From contig QPMI01000313.1 of the NCBI GenBank assembly GCA_004431415.1, positions 1 to 50,980 on the forward strand: a stretch of DNA of 50,980 nt, written 5' to 3'. Under the pieces are notes generated by a model. It was not told the origin of the DNA. It did not search any database and worked only from the letters and a program-made list of their open reading frames with translations. The position numbers were made by a program, and so were the translations under genes. Every line of letters begins with the position of its first letter. Positions within the stretch are counted from its first letter, which is position 1. Of the stretch, positions 45,601 to 50,980 are shown piece by piece. The stretch is from Cyanophora paradoxa CCMP329 (lineage: Eukaryota; Plantae; Glaucophyta).

Positions 45601-48600
45601 AGGCGCTAGCCTTAGGCAGATGACCCACCCACCAGCAAGTCACTCAGTCGAAGGCCCCAGGTTTCCGATCTGCCACAAAATAGAAGAAAGATGCACCCAA
45701 ATCTCTCTGGGGGAATATGCACAAGGCGCTAGCCTTAGGCAGATGACCCACCCACCAGCAAGTCACTCAGTCAAAGGCCCCAGGTTTCCGATCTGCCACA
45801 AAATAGAAGAAGATGCACCCCAAATCTCTCTGGGGGAATATGCACAAGGCGCTAGCCTTAGGCAGATGACCCACCCACCAGCAAGTCACTCAGTCGAAGG
45901 CCCCAGGTTTCCGATCTGCCACAAAATAGAAGAAAGATGCACCCCAAATCTCTCTGGGGGAATATGCACAAGGCGCTAGCCTTAGGCAGATGACCCACCC
46001 ACCAGCAAGTCACTCAGTCAAAGGCCCCAGGTTTCCGATCTGCCACAAAATAGAAGAAAGATGCACCCAAATCTCTCTGGGGGAATATGCACAAGGCGCT
46101 AGCCTTAGGCAGATGACCCACCCACCAGCAAGTCACTCAGTCAAGGCCCCAGGTTTCCGATCTGCCACAAAATAGAAGAAGATGCACCCAAATCTCTCTG
46201 GGGAATATGCACAAGGCGCTAGCCTTAGGCAGATGACCCACCCACCAGCAAGTCACTCAGTCAAGGCCCCAGGTTTCCGATCTGCCACAAAATAGAAGAA
46301 AGATGCACCCAAATCTCTCTGGGGGAATATGCACAAGGCGCTAGCCTTAGGCAGATGACCCACCCACCAGCAAGTCACTCAGTCAAGGCCCCAGGTTTCC
46401 GATCTGCCACAAAATAGAAGAAAGATGCACCCAAATCTCTCTGGGGAATATGCACAAGGCGCTAGCCTTAGGCAGATGACCCACCCACCAGCAAGTCACT
46501 CAGTCAAGGCCCCAGGTTTCCGATCTGCCACAAAATAGAAGAAAGATGCACCCAAATCTCTCTGGGGAATATGCACAAGGCGCTAGCCTTAGGCAGATGA
46601 CCCACCCACCAGCAAGTCACTCAGTCAAGGCCCCAGGTTTCCGATCTGCCACAAAATAGAAGAAAGATGCACCCCAAATCTCTCTGGGGGAATATGCACA
46701 AGGCGCTAGCCTTAGGCAGATGACCCACCCACCAGCAAGTCACTCAGTCAAAGGCCCCAGGTTTCCGATCTGCCACAAAATAGAAGAAAGATGCACCCCA
46801 AATCTCTCTGGGGGAATATGCACAAGGCGCTAGCCTTAGGCAGATGACCCACCCACCAGCAAGTCACTCAGTCGAAGGCCCCAGGTTTCCGATCTGCCAC
46901 AAAATAGAAGAAAGATGCACCCAAATCTCTCTGGGGGAATATGCACAAGGCGCTAGCCTTAGGCAGATGACCCACCCACCAGCAAGTCACTCAGTCAAAG
47001 GCCCCAGGTTTCCGATCTGCCACAAAATAGAAGAAAGATGCACCCAAATCTCTCTGGGGAATATGCACAAGGCGCTAGCCTTAGGCAGATGACCCACCCA
47101 CCAGCAAGTCACTCAGTCAAGGCCCCAGGTTTCCGATCTGCCACAAAATAGAAGAAAGATGCACCCCAAATCTCTCTGGGGAATATGCACAAGGCGCTAG
47201 CCTTAGGCAGATGACCCACCCACCAGCAAGTCACTCAGTCAAAGGCCCCAGGTTTCCGATCTGCCACAAAATAGAAGAAAGATGCACCCCAAATCTCTCT
47301 GGGGGAATATGCACAAGGCGCTAGCCTTAGGCAGATGACCCACCCACCAGCAAGTCACTCAGTCAGAGGCCCCAGGTTTCCGATCTGCCACAAAATAGAA
47401 GAAAGATGCACCCCAAATCTCTCTGGGGGAATATGCACAAGGCGCTAGCCTTAGGCAGATGACCCACCCACCAGCAAGTCACTCAGTCAAGGCCCCAGGT
47501 TTCCGATCTGCCACAAAATAGAAGAAAGATGCACCCAAATCTCTCTGGGGAATATGCACAAGGCGCTAGCCTTAGGCAGATGACCCACCCACCAGCAAGT
47601 CACTCAGTCAAGGCCCCAGGTTTCCGATCTGCCACAAAATAGAAGAAGATGCACCCAAATCTCTCTGGGGAATATGCACAAGGCGCTAGCCTTAGGCAGA
47701 TGACCCACCCACCAGCAAGTCACTCAGTCAAGGCCCCAGGTTTCCGATCTGCCACAAAATAGAAGAAGATGCACCCCAAATCTCTCTGGGGAATATGCAC
47801 AAGGCGCTAGCCTTAGGCAGATGACCCACCCACCAGCAAGTCACTCAGTCAAGGCCCCAGGTTTCCGATCTGCCACAAAATAGAAGAAGATGCACCCAAA
47901 TCTCTCTGGGGGAATATGCACAAGGCGCTAGCCTTAGGCAGATGACCCACCCACCAGCAAGTCACTCAGTCAAGGCCCCAGGTTTCCGATCTGCCACAAA
48001 ATAGAAGAAGATGCACCCCAAATCTCTCTGGGGAATATGCACAAGGCGCTAGCCTTAGGCAGATGACCCACCCACCAGCAAGTCACTCAGTCAAGGCCCC
48101 AGGTTTCCGATCTGCCACAAAATAGAAGAAAGATGCACCCAAATCTCTCTGGGGAATATGCACAAGGCGCTAGCCTTAGGCAGATGACCCACCCACCAGC
48201 AAGTCACTCAGTCAAGGCCCCAGGTTTCCGATCTGCCACAAAATAGAAGAAGATGCACTCCAAATCTCTCTGGGGGAATATGCACAAGGCGCTAGCCTTA
48301 GGCAGATGACCCACCCACCAGCAAGTCACTCAGTCGAAGGCCCCAGGTTTCCGATCTGCCACAAAATAGAAGAAAGATGCACTCCAAATCTCTCTGGGGG
48401 AATATGCACAAGGCGCTAGCCTTAGGCAGATGACCCACCCACCAGCAAGTCACTCAGTCAGAGGCCCCAGGTTTCCGATCTGCCACAAAATAGAAGAAAG
48501 ATGCACCCAAATCTCTCTGGGGAATATGCACAAGGCGCTAGCCTTAGGCAGATGACCCACCCACCAGCAAGTCACTCAGTCAAGGCCCCAGGTTTCCGAT

Positions 48601-50980
48601 CTGCCACAAAATAGAAGAAAGATGCACCCAAATCTCTCTGGGGAATATGCACAAGGCGCTAGCCTTAGGCAGATGACCCACCACCAGCAAGTCACTCAGT
48701 CAAGGCCCCAGGTTTCCGATCTGCCACAAAATAGAAGAAAGATGCACCCCAAATCTCTCTGGGGAATATGCACAAGGCGCTAGCCTTAGGCAGATGACCC
48801 ACCCACCAGCAAGTCACTCAGTCAGAGGCCCCAGGTTTCCGATCTGCCACAAAATAGAAGAAAGATGCACCCCAAATCTCTCTGGGGAATATGCACAAGG
48901 CGCTAGCCTTAGGCAGATGACCCACCCACCAGCAAGTCACTCAGTCGAAGGCCCCAGGTTTCCGATCTGCCACAAAATAGAAGAAAGATGCACCCCAAAT
49001 CTCTCTGGGGAATATGCACAAGGCGCTAGCCTTAGGCAGATGACCCACCCACCAGCAAGTCACTCAGTCGAAGGCCCCAGGTTTCCGATCTGCCACAAAA
49101 TAGAAGAAAGATGCACCCAAATCTCTCTGGGGGAATATGCACAAGGCGCTAGCCTTAGGCAGATGACCCACCCACCAGCAAGTCACTCAGTCAAGGCCCC
49201 AGGTTTCCGATCTGCCACAAAATAGAAGAAGATGCACCCAAATCTCTCTGGGGAATATGCACAAGGCGCTAGCCTTAGGCAGATGACCCACCCACCAGCA
49301 AGTCACTCAGTCGAAGGCCCAGGTTTCCGATCTGCCACAAAATAGAAGAAGATGCACCCAAATCTCTCTGGGGAATATGCACAAGGCGCTAGCCTTAGGC
49401 AGATGACCCACCCACCAGCAAGTCACTCAGTCAAGGCCCCAGGTTTCCGATCTGCCACAAAATAGAAGAAGATGCACCCCAAATCTCTCTGGGGAATATG
49501 CACAAGGCGCTAGCCTTAGGCAGATGACCCACCCACCAGCAAGTCACTCAGTCAAGGCCCCAGGTTTCCGATCTGCCACAAAATAGAAGAAAGATGCACC
49601 CCAAATCTCTCTGGGGAATATGCACAAGGCGCTAGCCTTAGGCAGATGACCCACCCACCAGCAAGTCACTCAGTCAAGGCCCCAGGTTTCCGATCTGCCA
49701 CAAAATAGAAGAAAGATGCACCCAAATCTCTCTGGGGAATATGCACAAGGCGCTAGCCTTAGGCAGATGACCCACCCACCAGCAAGTCACTCAGTCAAGG
49801 CCCCAGGTTTCCGATCTGCCACAAAATAGAAGAAGATGCACCCCAAATCTCTCTGGGGAATATGCACAAGGCGCTAGCCTTAGGCAGATGACCCACCCAC
49901 CAGCAAGTCACTCAGTCAAGGCCCAGGTTTCCGATCTGCCACAAAATAGAAGAAAGATGCACCCAAATCTCTCTGGGGAATATGCACAAGGCGCTAGCCT
50001 TAGGCAGATGACCCACCCACCAGCAAGTCACTCAGTCAAGGCCCCAGGTTTCCGATCTGCCACAAAATAGAAGAAAGATGCACCCCAAATCTCTCTGGGG
50101 GAATATGCACAAGGCGCTAGCCTTAGGCAGATGACCCACCCACCAGCAAGTCACTCAGTCGAAGGCCCCAGGTTTCCGATCTGCCACAAAATAGAAGAAA
50201 GATGCACCCCAAATCTCTCTGGGGAATATGCACAAGGCGCTAGCCTTAGGCAGATGACCCACCCACCAGCAAGTCACTCAGTCGAAGGCCCCAGGTTTCC
50301 GATCTGCCACAAAATAGAAGAAAGATGCACCCCAAATCTCTCTGGGGGAATATGCACAAGGCGCTAGCCTTAGGCAGATGACCCACCCACCAGCAAGTCA
50401 CTCAGTCAAGGCCGCAGGTTTCCGATCTGCCACAAAATAGAAGAAGATGCACCCCAAATCTCTCTGGGGAATATGCACAAGGCGCTAGCCTTAGGCAGAT
50501 GACCCACCACCAGCAAGTCACTCAGTCAAGGCCCCAGGTTTCCGATCTGCCACAAAATAGAAGAAGATGCACCCCAAATCTCTCTGGGGAATATGCACAA
50601 GGCGCTAGCCTTAGGCAGATGACCCACCCACCAGCAAGTCACTCAGTCAAGGCCCCAGGTTTCCGATCTGCCACAAAATAGAAGAAGATGCACCCAAATC
50701 TCTCTGGGGAATATGCACAAGGCGCTAGCCTTAGGCAGATGACCCACCCACCAGCAAGTCACTCAGTCGAAGGCCCCAGGTTTCCGATCTGCCACAAAAT
50801 AGAAGAAAGATGCACCCCAAATCTCTCTGGGGAATATGCACAAGGCGCTAGCCTTAGGCAGATGACCCACCCACCAGCAAGTCACTCAGTCAAGGCCCCA
50901 GGTTTCCGATCTGCCACAAATAGAAGAAGATGCACCCCAAATCTCTCTGGGGAATATGCACAAGGCGCTAGCCTTAGGCA
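39685..50980 (+). repeat. ~121-124-bp satellite array (right block), highly homogeneous variant
   Basis: Diagnostic CCGATCTGCCACAAAATAG, versus CCAATCTGCCAGAAAAAAG in the left blocks; differences between monomers are mostly homopolymer length. Confidence 0.98.

Noticed and set aside
618-50681. Many short ORFs of the type MTHPPASHSVKGPRF...
   Set aside because: They are translations of the satellite monomer; frames change with homopolymer length and show no protein-like features.

Overview
Eukaryotic heterochromatic, possibly (peri)centromeric, window dominated by a 124-bp tandem satellite (1-1566, 12410-22440, 38619-50980). The main finding is a complete 10,843-bp endogenous DNA virus of the Polinton/Polinton-like-virus (PLV) type at 1567-12409, inserted into one satellite monomer. 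It has 508-bp near-identical terminal inverted repeats (5'-AG...CT-3') and a 6-bp target-site duplication (CCCACC). Its genes are an A32/FtsK-type packaging ATPase, a double-jelly-roll major capsid protein, a penton, two orphan ORFs, a ~1370-aa [Cys/His protease-like]-pPolB-SF1 helicase-HNH-like fusion and a retroviral-type integrase. Five reading-frame anomalies in it are each repaired by adding one base to a homopolymer, so the element may be intact. A 16-kb island at 22440-38618 lies inside an inverted block of satellite. It holds a spliced fucosyltransferase-like host gene and nested, rearranged Ty3/gypsy retrotransposons of two related families with very short (~115 bp) LTRs. It also holds an unclassified 0.9-kb insertion with a 16-bp TSD. 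All product calls come from motif recognition by eye; no database searches were run.
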